The position numbers and the translations under genes were made by a program. Below, in pieces: positions 21,036-31,271 of a stretch of 64,000 nt of DNA (position 1 is the stretch's first letter; each line of letters opens with the position of its first letter). Below the pieces are notes generated by a model. That model ran no database searches and had not been told where the DNA came from. It worked only from the letters and a program-made list of their open reading frames with translations. The DNA is taken from contig JAJYFE010000003.1 of the NCBI GenBank assembly GCA_021785435.1, forward strand, positions 1 to 64,000, read 5' to 3'. This DNA is from Planctomycetota bacterium (lineage in GTDB: Bacteria; Planctomycetota; Phycisphaerae; WQYP01).

Positions 21036-22175
21036 ATGCCAGTTGCTGCTCAACGCCAACCTTTAGCCATCTACGCCATCACCCGTCACGGCGTGGAACT
21101 CGCCCGGCGGCTGGGCGCCGCCCTGCCGGATGCGCACACCTATGTGTCCGATAAATTTTTGGCGCAAGCACCCCCGGGGGCCAGGCCGCTGGCCCGGCCC
21201 ATGGGGCCGGCGCTCCAGGCGAATTTCACCACCTACGACTGCCACGTCTTTATCATCAGCGTCGGCGCCGTGGTGCGGATGATCGCGCCGCTGCTGCAAA
21301 ACAAGAAAATCGATCCGGCGGTGGTGTGTGTCGATGATGCGGGACAATGGGCCATCTGCGTGCTTTCCGGCCACGTGGGCCGCGGCAATGCTTTTACGGA
21401 GCGCGTGGCCGCGGCCTTGGGCGCCCAGCCCATTATTACCACCGCGTCCGATGTCCGCGGCACCCTGACCGTGGATATCCTCGGACGACAACTCGGCTGG
21501 ACGCTCGATGATCCCGACCGCAACATCACGCGCGGCTGTGCCGCGGTGGTCAATGAGGCGCCGGTCATGTTTATCCAGGAAACGGGTGAACCGGATTGGT
21601 GGCCGGCCGATACGCCGCTGCCGCGGGGGATTTCCTATACCCGTTCGCTGGACGCCGTGAATCCCGATCAATTTGAAATATTGCTCATCGTGACCGACCG
21701 CGACCTTCGTGCCACCCATCCGCGGCACTTCGAACGGGCGGTCATCTACCGCCCGCGCAGCCTGGTGCTGGGACTGGGCTGCGACAAGGCCACGGCGCCG
21801 GCTCTGGTGGAGCGTGGGGTGCGGACGTTGTTGCAAGAACACCACTTGAGCCTGGCCTGCGTCCGCAGCGCCGCCACGATCGATCTGAAAAAAGATGAGC
21901 CGGCTCTGGCGGCCTTGTGTGAAAAATATCGCTGGCCGCTGCAAACTTACGCCGCGCGCCAGTTGGATGCGGCCGTAGGTGTGGAAAATCCTTCCGCCAC
22001 CGTCAAAAAATATGTCGGCACGCGAACCGTGGCGGAGGCGGCGGCGCTATTGGCTTCCGGTTCGTCCCGTTTACTCGTGCCCAAGCAGACCTATACCGAA
22101 CCGGGCGCCGGCCGCTCCATGACCTTGGCCGTGGCCCGCATTCCCTTTCCCGAACGCGAGGTGTGGCATGCCTAA
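21036..22175 (+). CDS. cbiG: Cobalt-precorrin 5A hydrolase
   Basis: 379-aa CbiG-like sequence (AIYAITRHGVELARRL...; ITTASDVRGTL). Confidence 0.8.
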   Translation: MPVAAQRQPLAIYAITRHGVELARRLGAALPDAHTYVSDKFLAQAPPGARPLARPMGPALQANFTTYDCHVFIISVGAVVRMIAPLLQNKKIDPAVVCVDDAGQWAICVLSGHVGRGNAFTERVAAALGAQPIITTASDVRGTLTVDILGRQLGWTLDDPDRNITRGCAAVVNEAPVMFIQETGEPDWWPADTPLPRGISYTRSLDAVNPDQFEILLIVTDRDLRATHPRHFERAVIYRPRSLVLGLGCDKATAPALVERGVRTLLQEHHLSLACVRSAATIDLKKDEPALAALCEKYRWPLQTYAARQLDAAVGVENPSATVKKYVGTRTVAEAAALLASGSSRLLVPKQTYTEPGAGRSMTLAVARIPFPEREVWHA

Positions 22176-23022
22176 AGGCATTCTATCCGTGGTGGGCATT
22201 GGCCCCGGCCACGATCGTCATATGACGCCGGCGGCGCTGGAAGCGATCGCCCAGGCCGACCTGGTCGTCGGCTATGGCACGTATATCCGTCTGGTGCGGC
22301 ACTTGCTCAGCGGCAAGGAAATCATCCGCACCGGTATGACCGAGGAAATCGGCCGCGCCCGGACCGCTGTGGAACGGGCCCGGGCCGGCGGCCACGTGGC
22401 GTTGATCTCTTCCGGCGATGCCGGCGTTTACGGCATGGCAGCGTTGGTGTTTCAGGTGCTCCGGGAATTGGGCTGGCGTCGGGAAGCTTCGCCGGAGCTG
22501 CGCCTGATCCCCGGCATCACTGCGATCAGCTCCTGCGCCTCCCTGGTGGGCGCTCCGCTGGGACATGATTTTTGCTGCATCTCGCTGTCCGATCTGCTCA
22601 CACCTTGGGCGGCCATCGCCAGACGCCTCGAAGCCGCGGCCAGCGCTGATTTCGTAATTGGTCTGTACAATCCCGCCAGCGGCCGCCGCACCCGGCAGAT
22701 CGTCGCGGCCCAGGAAATCATCAAACAATATCGCGACGGCGGGACACCGGCGGCCCTCATCAAGAGCGCCTACCGCAAACAGGAACATATTGTGCTGACC
22801 GATCTCAATCATCTGCTCGATTATGAAATCGGCATGTTGACCACCGTGATCATCGGCGCCAGCCACACTTTTCTGTTTGAAAATTATCTGGTCACGCCGC
22901 GGGGATACGGCAATAAATACACCTGGGATGGCCAAGTGCTGCCGGGCCAGCGGCCGGGGCATTCGCTGGCGACTCCGGCGGCGCCGGAACCGGTGGAATC
23001 CCTTTCCGGGGAGGAGGAATAA
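22168..23022 (+). CDS. cbiH: Cobalt-precorrin-3B C17-methyltransferase
   Basis: MPKGILSVVGIGPGHDRHMTPAALEAIAQADLVVGYGTY... Confidence 0.85.
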   Translation: MPKGILSVVGIGPGHDRHMTPAALEAIAQADLVVGYGTYIRLVRHLLSGKEIIRTGMTEEIGRARTAVERARAGGHVALISSGDAGVYGMAALVFQVLRELGWRREASPELRLIPGITAISSCASLVGAPLGHDFCCISLSDLLTPWAAIARRLEAAASADFVIGLYNPASGRRTRQIVAAQEIIKQYRDGGTPAALIKSAYRKQEHIVLTDLNHLLDYEIGMLTTVIIGASHTFLFENYLVTPRGYGNKYTWDGQVLPGQRPGHSLATPAAPEPVESLSGEEE

Positions 23023-23444
23023 TGGCGCGAGTGGGCCGGCTGGCCGGCGCCATTCTGGTGGAAACGGCCAGCCGCTATTTCCTGGTCGGTGATGTGAAGG
23101 AACCGTGTGACTTCGGGCGTGCCGGCTTCCAGAATCCCGGCGCCATCGAACCGCTGGTCCGGCCGTATATTGAACTGACCCCGCTGCGGCCGATTACTCT
23201 GGCGGCGCCTTATCTGACGCTGCGGACGGAAGGCGCGACTCTGGCGGAGTTGCTGGCCCGGCGCTTGCTTATCGAACGCAATGGTTCAGTCAGCGAACGG
23301 CTCTGGCGTTTGGTTTGCCGGGGCGGTGCGGACCAGGATGACTTACCGCCTCATGGGCCGGCCGTCGTTGACGCGAACTGGCTCGGCGAAATTCCGCCTG
23401 GCGTATGGCAGGTGGTGCGCGACGCGGTGCTCCGTTGCACGTAA
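23022..23444 (+). CDS. Hypothetical 140-aa protein embedded in the cbi operon
   Basis: ATG overlaps cbiH stop (TAATG), GGAGGAGGAA RBS; no recognisable domain. Confidence 0.45.
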   Translation: MARVGRLAGAILVETASRYFLVGDVKEPCDFGRAGFQNPGAIEPLVRPYIELTPLRPITLAAPYLTLRTEGATLAELLARRLLIERNGSVSERLWRLVCRGGADQDDLPPHGPAVVDANWLGEIPPGVWQVVRDAVLRCT

Positions 23445-23544
23445 GTTATTGGCGGGCATAACTCCCGGTGGAGGCGTCGCCCGGGAGACTTCCACCGGGG
23501 TGGAATTTACGCTGGTCGGTCCAGTCCCGTTTTCAGGAAAGCGC

Positions 23545-24411
23545 ATGAAAGTTTACATCATCGGCGCCGGGCCCGGTGCTCCGGGCCTGCTTACCATACG
23601 GGGCGCGGAACTGATCGCCCGCTGCCCGATCATACTCTATACCGGCTCCCTGGTTTCGCCGGAAGTTCTACGCGGCGCCCAACCGGGCGCCCGTATCCTC
23701 GACTCCGCCGGCATGACGCTGGACGAAATCGTGGCGGTCCTCAAGGAAGCGCGCGACCTCGACCAGGATGTGGCGCGTGTCCACACGGGTGATCCGTGCC
23801 TGTTTGGAGCCGTGGCGGAGCAAATCCGGCAGCTCGAGCCGTTGGGCATCGCCTGGGAAATCGTGCCGGGGGTCTCCTCGTTCACGGCCGCGGCCGCGGC
23901 TTTGGGAAAAGAATTGACGCTGCCGGAGCTTTCCCAAACGGTGATTTTAACCCGCGCTGCCGGCCGCACGCCGATGCCGGTGACCGAGGAATTGGCTGAT
24001 CTGGCCCGCCACCGCGCCACTCTCGTGCTGTTCCTGAGCATCAATCTGTTGGCGAAAATCACGCCCGCCCTGGCCGCGTCGTACGGCGCAGATTGCCCCG
24101 CGGCGGTGGTGCATCGCGCCTCCTGGCCGGATCAAAAAATCATCACGGGAAGACTGGCGGATATCCACGCCAAGGTGCGGGCCGCCGGCATTACCAGCCA
24201 GTCGATTATCATTATCGGCCGGGTTCTGACGGCGACGGAATTCGCCGAATCGCGCCTCTATGCCGCGGATTTCACGCATGGTTTCCGCAAGGCTAAACCC
24301 CGGCGCGCTAAAGCCGGGCCTGGGTCGGCCGACCCCGGCGCCGGCCGCCGGCGCTGTGGAGGTCCGCGGCCTCGGGACGAGATCCGCGCTGGCCCGCAAC
24401 CCAATATGTAG
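23545..24411 (+). CDS. cbiF: Cobalt-precorrin-4 C11-methyltransferase with Arg/Gly/Pro-rich C-terminal tail
   Basis: MKVYIIGAGPGAPGLLTIRGAELIARCPIILYTGSLV...; ATG at 23545. Confidence 0.85.
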   Translation: MKVYIIGAGPGAPGLLTIRGAELIARCPIILYTGSLVSPEVLRGAQPGARILDSAGMTLDEIVAVLKEARDLDQDVARVHTGDPCLFGAVAEQIRQLEPLGIAWEIVPGVSSFTAAAAALGKELTLPELSQTVILTRAAGRTPMPVTEELADLARHRATLVLFLSINLLAKITPALAASYGADCPAAVVHRASWPDQKIITGRLADIHAKVRAAGITSQSIIIIGRVLTATEFAESRLYAADFTHGFRKAKPRRAKAGPGSADPGAGRRRCGGPRPRDEIRAGPQPNM

Positions 24412-24594
24412 CCCTCGACTCTGCCGGGGGTAACACTCCGCCGGACATCGGAATCTTTGGGCCGAACCCCATCTTCGCGTCGCACGAAGAAATGGGGAGG
24501 CGATGATACGGGAATAAATCATCGGCCTCCTGCTCGCCGCAGATGCACTTCGGCCCAGCTGGACAGAAACCCATCCGGCGGCTAGAAAAGCGGG

Positions 24595-25329
24595 ATGTTA
24601 GCTACCTCTGGTGTTGGAATGGGCGCGGCGATAGCGGCGGGCGGGGCCGCAACTCTGCTGGCGTACAGCGTTTTTTATTCAGGCAGTCAGGTTTTCGCCC
24701 CGGTCATCCGGCGGCTCTGCGACCATCGCGCCGTGGCCCTGACCTTTGATGACGGACCTTCACCCGTTTTCACGCCTCGGGTTCTGGAGATCCTGGCGAA
24801 GCATAACGCCAAAGGGTCGTTCTGCCTCATTGGCCGCAACGTGCTTCGCCATCCGGCCCTGGCCGCGCGCATCGTGGCTGAGGGCCACACGGTCGTGAAC
24901 CATAGCTGGGATCATGACCATAATGGGATCTGGAGATCGCGGGCGTATTGGACCGACCAGCTGGAATGGACCAGCCGCGTGATAGTGGACACAACTGGAA
25001 AGAAACCGGCCCTGTTCCGCGCCCCCATGGGCTTCAAAACGTGGCCGCAGTCCTGTGCGGTCAAGCGCGCCGGTTTGCACTATCTCGCGTGGCGCGTCCG
25101 GGGTTGGGACACGCTGAACTGGGCGCCCGAAACGATCGTACGAATTATCACCAGTCAGCTTCGCGGTGGCGATATTGTGACTCTGCACGACGGCCTGGAG
25201 CCAGCCCGTCGGGCCTCTTCGCAGGAACGCACCGTCCAGGCGCTGCCGCGGATTATCGAAGCCATCCAGCGCCGCGGCTGGCGTTGCGTAACCCTGGAAG
25301 GCAACCTGCCCTTGGCGGTGTACGGATAG
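24595..25329 (+). CDS. Polysaccharide deacetylase (NodB-homology, CE4)
   Basis: ALTFDDGPSP...; HTVVNHSWDH motif. Confidence 0.75.
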   Translation: MLATSGVGMGAAIAAGGAATLLAYSVFYSGSQVFAPVIRRLCDHRAVALTFDDGPSPVFTPRVLEILAKHNAKGSFCLIGRNVLRHPALAARIVAEGHTVVNHSWDHDHNGIWRSRAYWTDQLEWTSRVIVDTTGKKPALFRAPMGFKTWPQSCAVKRAGLHYLAWRVRGWDTLNWAPETIVRIITSQLRGGDIVTLHDGLEPARRASSQERTVQALPRIIEAIQRRGWRCVTLEGNLPLAVYG

Positions 25330-25347
25330 CACGGGTATAAATGGGCG

Positions 25348-26379
25348 ATGCATTCCAAGCTCCCTTTAGGGTACGCCAGGGTTACCTGCGTGATGGGCGC
25401 CGGCGCCATGGGCACGCTTTGCGCTGCGATTCTGGCCCGAGGGGGATATCGTGTGCGTCTGTGGGGGCGGCGCCCCGAACATATCGCCGCCCTTGCCGCG
25501 CAGCGCGAAAACCTTCGTTATCTGCCCGGCTTACATCTGCCGGAATCCATTGAATTAACTACCTCTGCGGAGACGGCGCTGCGCCAGTGCGGCTTGATTA
25601 TCTGCGCCGTACCCGCCCAGCACATCCGTGCGGTCATGGGGCAGTTCCGGGCGGTGATCCCCGCCGGTGTGCCCATCGCCAGTGTCGCCAAAGGCATCGA
25701 AAACCAGACCCTGTTACGCCCCACCGAGATTATCACCGACGTTCTCGGGGACCGGCCGGTGGTCGCCATCTCCGGACCTTGCATCGCCGGAGAACTGGCC
25801 TGCGGCCTGCCTACCACCTTGGTGGCGGCATCGACCGATGAAACACTCACCGCCCTTATTCAAACCATGTTTACCACCACTTATCTGCGGATCTATCGCA
25901 ATGCGGATTTACGCGGCGTGGAACTGGCGGCGGCGATGAAAAACGTGGTGGCCATTGCCGCCGGGATCCTGGACGGCCTGCAAGCCGGCACCAATGCCAA
26001 AGCGGCGCTGCTCACGCGGGGTCTGGTGGAAATTACGCGCTTAGGCGTGCTGCTGGGCGCGCAGGTTGAAACCTTCAGCGGCCTGGCCGGCCTGGGCGAT
26101 CTGGTCACCACCTGCTTTGCCGTGCAGGGGCGCAATCGCACGTTGGGTGAGCATATTGGCCGCGGTTTATCGCCGTCGGCGGCGCTGCAGGGTATGACCG
26201 GGGTGGTGGAAGGTCTTCCGACCACGAAAAGCGTGATGGATCTGGCGCGGCGGCAGCGCGTCGAAATGCCCATTACCGAGTGCCTTCACGCGGTGCTGTT
26301 TGAGGGCAAAAAGCCGCGCGAAGGCATTGCCGACCTGATGAGCCGTCAACCCCGTCATGAGCGCGACCGGTGCGTCTGA
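25348..26379 (+). CDS. gpsA: NAD(P)H-dependent glycerol-3-phosphate dehydrogenase
   Basis: VMGAGAMGTLCAAILA Rossmann motif; GLAGLGDLVTTC; true start may be downstream of 25348. Confidence 0.85.
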   Translation: MHSKLPLGYARVTCVMGAGAMGTLCAAILARGGYRVRLWGRRPEHIAALAAQRENLRYLPGLHLPESIELTTSAETALRQCGLIICAVPAQHIRAVMGQFRAVIPAGVPIASVAKGIENQTLLRPTEIITDVLGDRPVVAISGPCIAGELACGLPTTLVAASTDETLTALIQTMFTTTYLRIYRNADLRGVELAAAMKNVVAIAAGILDGLQAGTNAKAALLTRGLVEITRLGVLLGAQVETFSGLAGLGDLVTTCFAVQGRNRTLGEHIGRGLSPSAALQGMTGVVEGLPTTKSVMDLARRQRVEMPITECLHAVLFEGKKPREGIADLMSRQPRHERDRCV

Positions 26380-26685
26380 ATCGGGCGTGGCAATCCGGCG
26401 GACCAGCTACAGCATTTCGGGCTGGGTCCACCGGGGTGGATCTTCGCCCTGCGGCTGGAGGGGGGCCAGGAGCACCGCCGACCATCCAACGATTCCTTCC
26501 GCGTTCCCACTTGGGAGGGGCGCCGCGCCCGGCGCCTCGGTAACGCCAACCTCTCGCCCCATCCATCGGCGGGCAGACTTGGTTGAGCCGCCTGGAGAAT
26601 GTCCTGGCGGCGACTGGCCGGCTTCCGTGGCGTTAAAGGGCCGGTCAGACGTCCGCGGTGGGGTTCGGCTCTAGGCCAGAGATTG

Positions 26686-27756
26686 TCACGCCCCCTGAAT
26701 CCGCCTTGGCGCGGCGCTGGGCAACGGCGAGGCGTATTGGTATTTCGGCTCCCGTTTCTGGCGCCGCAGAATCGGAATAAGTTGCTTCCATGTGGCGTAC
26801 AGGCCGTGCGGGCACGGCGGCAGGTCGGCTTTAATCAGGCGGTGCAGCCGGCCCAGATTGTAGCATGGCACGGCGGCGTACATATGGTGCTCCGTATGGT
26901 AGTTCATATGCCAGTAGAGAAAGCGCACCACCGGACTAAGAATGATGGTCCGGCAGCAGAGCCGGAAGTCCGGCACGTTATCCTGCAAGCCGGCGTGTTG
27001 CGTGTTGTTGCAAAGATACAGCAGCCAGCCGCCGTAGAAGGGCGCCAGGGTGATCACCACCGGCAGCAGCCACCAGCCCATGACCAGTGCGACGACCACG
27101 ATAGTCAGTTGACCCGCCAGCACCAGGCGGGCCCAGTTGAACAACTGCCTCCGCCGAGCCGGCTCGGATTCCGTGAACAAGGCGTTTTCCCATTCGTCTT
27201 TCAATTGGCCCCGCGCCAACCGGATAGTGTTCTTAAGCGTATAGTAAAATCCCCGCGGGCTGATCAACGCATTTTCCAGAAAGCCGGCCAGCGTTAATTT
27301 CATCGGCAAAACCACTTCCAGATCGTCCGGTGGATGCAGCGTGTACTTGTGGTGCTCCATGTGGCTGGCCCAGAAAAGGTGGTGATTCAGCCAACCCAGA
27401 AAACTGAAAACGCGGAGAAAAAAGCGGTTCAGCGCACGGGTTTTGAAAACCGAATCGTGCACCAATTCGTGGAAACCATTTAGCAGGAAAGCCCAACAGG
27501 TGCCGTGCAAGAAGAATAATAACAGCACGACGGGCCACGGCAGGCGGCCGGCGGAGAAGTAAGCGGCGGAGCCGGTGACGGCCAACACGCCCAGATACCC
27601 CCCCGTCTGGAAAAGACCTTTCCAGTCACTGCGGCGGTTCAATCGGGCCAGGTCTTCGCGACTGACCGGTGAGCGGTACCAGGTGATGCGCCCAGGCTTG
27701 GATTCCACTTCCTGTGGCGCTGTCTTCATCGGCCAGATGCTCCCCGTAATCCACAA
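26686..27756 (-). CDS. Membrane fatty-acid desaturase
   Basis: Three His boxes HELVHD, HMEHH, HTEHH; TM segments. Confidence 0.8.
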   Translation of the reverse strand: MWITGSIWPMKTAPQEVESKPGRITWYRSPVSREDLARLNRRSDWKGLFQTGGYLGVLAVTGSAAYFSAGRLPWPVVLLLFFLHGTCWAFLLNGFHELVHDSVFKTRALNRFFLRVFSFLGWLNHHLFWASHMEHHKYTLHPPDDLEVVLPMKLTLAGFLENALISPRGFYYTLKNTIRLARGQLKDEWENALFTESEPARRRQLFNWARLVLAGQLTIVVVALVMGWWLLPVVITLAPFYGGWLLYLCNNTQHAGLQDNVPDFRLCCRTIILSPVVRFLYWHMNYHTEHHMYAAVPCYNLGRLHRLIKADLPPCPHGLYATWKQLIPILRRQKREPKYQYASPLPSAAPRRIQGA

Positions 27757-28232
27757 TCGAAAGCCGCCATGATCCCTGCCGGCATAATAGAATCGTAGGA
27801 TGCCTGACGCGGCCCAGTCAAGCGGGCGTAGCCATCATGGCTGGCCAAGCCAGAGCGGCGTGCCAACCCCGGCCTCCGCTGCCAAGCCGTTCGGTCCGCC
27901 AGTGGGCGGGCCGGCTGGGGCGAGTCGCCTAACGGCCTTTCGGTGGCGACCCGGTGAACGACCACGCCGGGATCCCGGATGCCGCGCCGCCCCGCGGCGC
28001 GATCGCGATCCGAGGTGTCCCCGGTTCACCGCGTTGAAACGCGGTGCGGCTGCCGCACCACGACCACCAACGTAGAAACCCGAGACCTATAGAGCCGGTC
28101 ATACCGCCGCGGCAGGTCCCTGCCTGCAAAATCCGCTGGCAGCCCGTCCAGCGGCTTTTAAACCTGCGGTGGACACCGGGATCGCGCCCCCCTATAAGAG
28201 ATGCCCGTAGCGTGTAGGGATGTGATTCGTCG

Positions 28233-29507
28233 ATGGTGAGAGGAAATTGGTGCGTCTATGGCGGCCTGCTGCTGGAAGGGCTGTGGATGGTGGAATTGGT
28301 GCTCGCCGCCTGGGGGGCGTGGGTGGCGCACTTTTTCGGTCGGCGCATGGCGCGCGTGGCCGCGCGCCCCCTGGGTGAGACGTTTCCCCGCGTGGCGGTG
28401 ATTGTACCGATCCAAGGATTGGAGGCCTACACCGCCACCAACATCCAGGCCTTGCTGGCTCAGAACTATCCGCATTACCGCCTGATTTTCGCGGTGGAAT
28501 CGATGGCCGATCCGGTTTGCGGGTGGTTGCGGAAATTGGCTGCGACGCAGCCCGCGGGCCGGGTGGACGTCGTATCCGCCGGACCAGCGCAAACGCGCGG
28601 CCAGAAAGTGCACAACCAATTGGCGGCGATCGCCCGAACCACCGCGCACGACGAGATTCTGGCTTTCATGGATGCCGATGCCAAACCGAATCCCAACTGG
28701 TTGCACGCTTTGGCGCTGCCGCTGACGTACGGCCCCCATATTGGGGCGGTCACCGGCTACCGCTATTATGTGCCGATGTCCGAACATCCCGCGAACGCGG
28801 TGGCGTGCGTGATGAATGCCATGGTGGGCAGCTTGCTCGGACCGTACCGGCGCACAGTAGCCTGGGGTGGGACGATGGCGATTCGGCGCAGCGATTTTTT
28901 CAAGTATGGTGTCTACGACGGCTGGCAGGGCGCTTTAAGCGACGACTATGTACTCTCCGACTATGTGAAACATAAAGCGCACGCGAAAATCCATTTCGTA
29001 CCGCAATGTCTGGTCGCTTCGCCAGCCTGGTTTGGCTGGGCGAGCCTAACCGAATTCGCCGTGCGCCAATACCGTATCACGCGGGTTTGCGCCGGCGGCC
29101 TGTGGTGGCTGGCTTTGGCCGGCGTGGGGTTGTATTGGTTTACGCTGCTCTCTTCGGCGACGACGGCCCTCATCGCGGGGATGGATGGACGGAGTTGGTG
29201 GTGGCGGCCGGCGCTGGTGTTTGTCGCCTTATATGGATTAGGCTTGATCCGCGGCGTGATGTTGCGGCGGACGGGCCGGCGGCTATTGCCGGAACATTGG
29301 CCGCGGATTCAGCGGAACTGGTTTTGGTTCACCCTCGGCCTGCCGGCCGTGCAGGCGTTGACCCTGTTTTTCCTGCTCCGCTCCGCTTTCGGCCGGCGCA
29401 TCACCTGGCGCGGCATACGCTACGAAATGATCAGCCCCACGGCGACGAAAGTTCTTGGTCGACCCGGTATGATGAAAGGTTCAGACCAGGAGGCAGCGCG
29501 GCGGTGA
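28233..29507 (+). CDS. Family-2 glycosyltransferase (ceramide-glucosyltransferase-like, membrane-anchored)
   Basis: RVAVIVPIQGLE...; DADAKP (DxD); C-terminal TM helices. Confidence 0.7.
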   Translation: MVRGNWCVYGGLLLEGLWMVELVLAAWGAWVAHFFGRRMARVAARPLGETFPRVAVIVPIQGLEAYTATNIQALLAQNYPHYRLIFAVESMADPVCGWLRKLAATQPAGRVDVVSAGPAQTRGQKVHNQLAAIARTTAHDEILAFMDADAKPNPNWLHALALPLTYGPHIGAVTGYRYYVPMSEHPANAVACVMNAMVGSLLGPYRRTVAWGGTMAIRRSDFFKYGVYDGWQGALSDDYVLSDYVKHKAHAKIHFVPQCLVASPAWFGWASLTEFAVRQYRITRVCAGGLWWLALAGVGLYWFTLLSSATTALIAGMDGRSWWWRPALVFVALYGLGLIRGVMLRRTGRRLLPEHWPRIQRNWFWFTLGLPAVQALTLFFLLRSAFGRRITWRGIRYEMISPTATKVLGRPGMMKGSDQEAARR

Positions 29508-29659
29508 AGCCGAGGCCGGAGAGCAGGTGAACCGGAGAACGGAGACTGCAGGCGCGGCGAGGTTGCAATGCTTGCAAAGAACCGCCCATTGTTGGGGTGG
29601 ACATTCTCCGGCGTGCCGGTTCTATCATCCACCGGCTCTATCCCGATGGATGTCCGGAT

Positions 29660-29744
29660 GCCCGGGTGGCGGAATGGCAGACGCTCAGGACTTAAAATCC
29701 TGTGACCTGTAAAGGTCGTGCGGGTTCGAGTCCCGCCCCGGGCA
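29660..29744 (+). tRNA. tRNA-Leu (anticodon UAA), long variable arm
   Basis: GCCCGGGTGGCGGAATGGCAGACGCTCAGGACTTAAAATCCTG...GGTTCGAGTCCCGCCCCGGGCA folds as a type-II tRNA with 7-bp acceptor stem and anticodon TAA. Confidence 0.85.
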
Positions 29745-30332
29745 GTCAACAGTCATGCGGCTGTACAGGCTGATGGTTAAGACAGGCGTCGAATGCCGGG
29801 CCAATTCCTGGCATGTCTTGACGCTGGCCCCGGATTGCACCAGCCACGAAACGTAACTCACGCGAAGGCAATGGAAATCCGTATCCGCCGTAGAAACGCC
29901 CGCTGCCTGTAAGTCGGCTCGGAACATGTCCGCCACGTCAAAACGCGGCGGTAGGGCGAATACAGGCTTGCCGGCGGCCTTCTGGTGCAGCCATGGCTTG
30001 AGCTTTTCGGCCAGGGCGACGGGTATCGCCTGCCGATTATCGCGACGCCGCTTGGAGTAGGCGGCCTTCACCGTGATGGTGGCCGGGGTATCGTTCAAGT
30101 CAAAACTTTCCGGCATCAGTGTCCGCAACTCGCCTTGCCGAAAGCCTGTGTTACCCGCCACGCGATAAACCATGGCCCGGTCCGTGCCGCTCATGCCAAA
30201 GGCTTCACCGGGTTTGTCGGTGGCGGCGATCAGGGCGGCAAACTTGGCGTGGCTCAACGCCCGGCGGTGAATCTTGCGATCCGATGCGGCCACCGTGGAA
30301 ACCTTCACGGCAATAAGCGTATCGTCGGCCAA
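29685..30332 (-). pseudogene. int: Tyrosine integrase (P4-like), C-terminal catalytic fragment
   Basis: Catalytic-domain residues (TGFRQGELRTL; HCLRVSYVSWLVQSG; LYSR); 3' end reads into the tRNA (GRDSNPHD antisense-tRNA peptide); separated from its N-terminal half by an insertion. Confidence 0.7.
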
Positions 30333-30358
30333 GTGGCCGTTGCGGTGCGGCCAGCGGC

Positions 30359-30535
30359 TAGAGCGTGTTATAAACTTTGAAAACTAGGTTTTTCCGCATC
30401 CAGGGCGGGTTTTGTGCGTTCGCAGAGCCATCCACCCATTGCCTGCCGGGAGGTTGTAAGCCAAAACCACCGTGTTTCCGGCATTTTGGTGGCTTTGGCG
30501 CCTGAAAGTTCATAACACGCTCTAAACCTCTTTGC
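30359..30535. mobile_element. MITE-like ~177-bp element with 21-bp terminal inverted repeats, inserted in the integrase gene
   Basis: TAGAGCGTGTTATAAACTTT at 30359-30379 and its reverse complement AAAGTTCATAACACGCTCTA at 30515-30535 (1 mismatch); flanking TA on both sides. Confidence 0.5.
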
Positions 30536-30952
30536 CGCTCGAATGTGATGGGCCAGGCTCGCTTTCTTGTGGGCTTTGTCCCGCAGCTTGGCAATGGCGG
30601 CATTCAAAGCGGCTGGTTTCAATTGCGACAGCCGCTCCACTTCGCCAAGCATTACTATCCGCTCCGCCCTCTGCTGGACTTGGAAGGCGTAGGCTTCCTT
30701 GCCGTTGCGGGCCAGAATGTCCGCTTCAAATTCGGCCAGGTGTTCCGCCAGCGGCTTGCGTTCGGCGGCGGCAAATCTGTCCATGGCGGCGTCGATGATG
30801 CCTTCCCGGCGGAGCATGGAATCGGTTTGCAGTTTGTTGGCAATCTGCAACGCCATGCCTTTGTCCGTACCGGCAGACTTCGCTTTCCACAAGCCGTCTG
30901 TACCAAGGTGCGAAGCAATCCAGTTTTTCCCACGTTTGTAGACGCTTGCCAT
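30368..30952 (-). pseudogene. int: Tyrosine integrase N-terminal fragment (P4-type, MASVYKRGKNW...)
   Basis: Typical P4-family integrase N-terminus; last ~56 codons are read from the inserted element; frame differs from the catalytic fragment. Confidence 0.7.
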
Positions 30953-30974
30953 AGATCACCGATGCTTTCTCACT

Positions 30975-31271
30975 TCAGCGGTAAATGTCCTTACGATGGC
31001 CGATTTTCAAAACCAGAACCAGCAGCCGTTGGTCGTGAATTTCATACATAATCCGATACGGGCCGACGCGAACCCGCCATAAGTTATCGTCCCCCTGCAT
31101 CTTCACTACGCCGGGCGGACGCGGATCAGACGCCAGCGCGTCGATGCACCGTTCGAGTCTGGCCGTGACATCATGGGGAAGCCTTTCCAACGCTTTGGCG
31201 GCGGCGGCTTTAAGGACGATGCGATAAGCCACGGCCTCAATGCTTCCCCGTGGTGTCGCCTGCCTGGACAT
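30975..31271 (-). CDS. RelE/ParE-family type II toxin
   Basis: 98 aa; ...WRVRVGPYRIMYEIHDQRLLVLVLKIGHRKDIY, typical RelE/ParE C-terminus. Confidence 0.8.
   Translation of the reverse strand: MSRQATPRGSIEAVAYRIVLKAAAAKALERLPHDVTARLERCIDALASDPRPPGVVKMQGDDNLWRVRVGPYRIMYEIHDQRLLVLVLKIGHRKDIYR

Noticed and set aside
21063-21944. 293-aa minus-strand ORF
   Set aside because: It is antisense to cbiG and has no recognisable domain.
28158-28787. 209-aa minus-strand ORF
   Set aside because: It overlaps the glycosyltransferase gene on the opposite strand and has no motifs.
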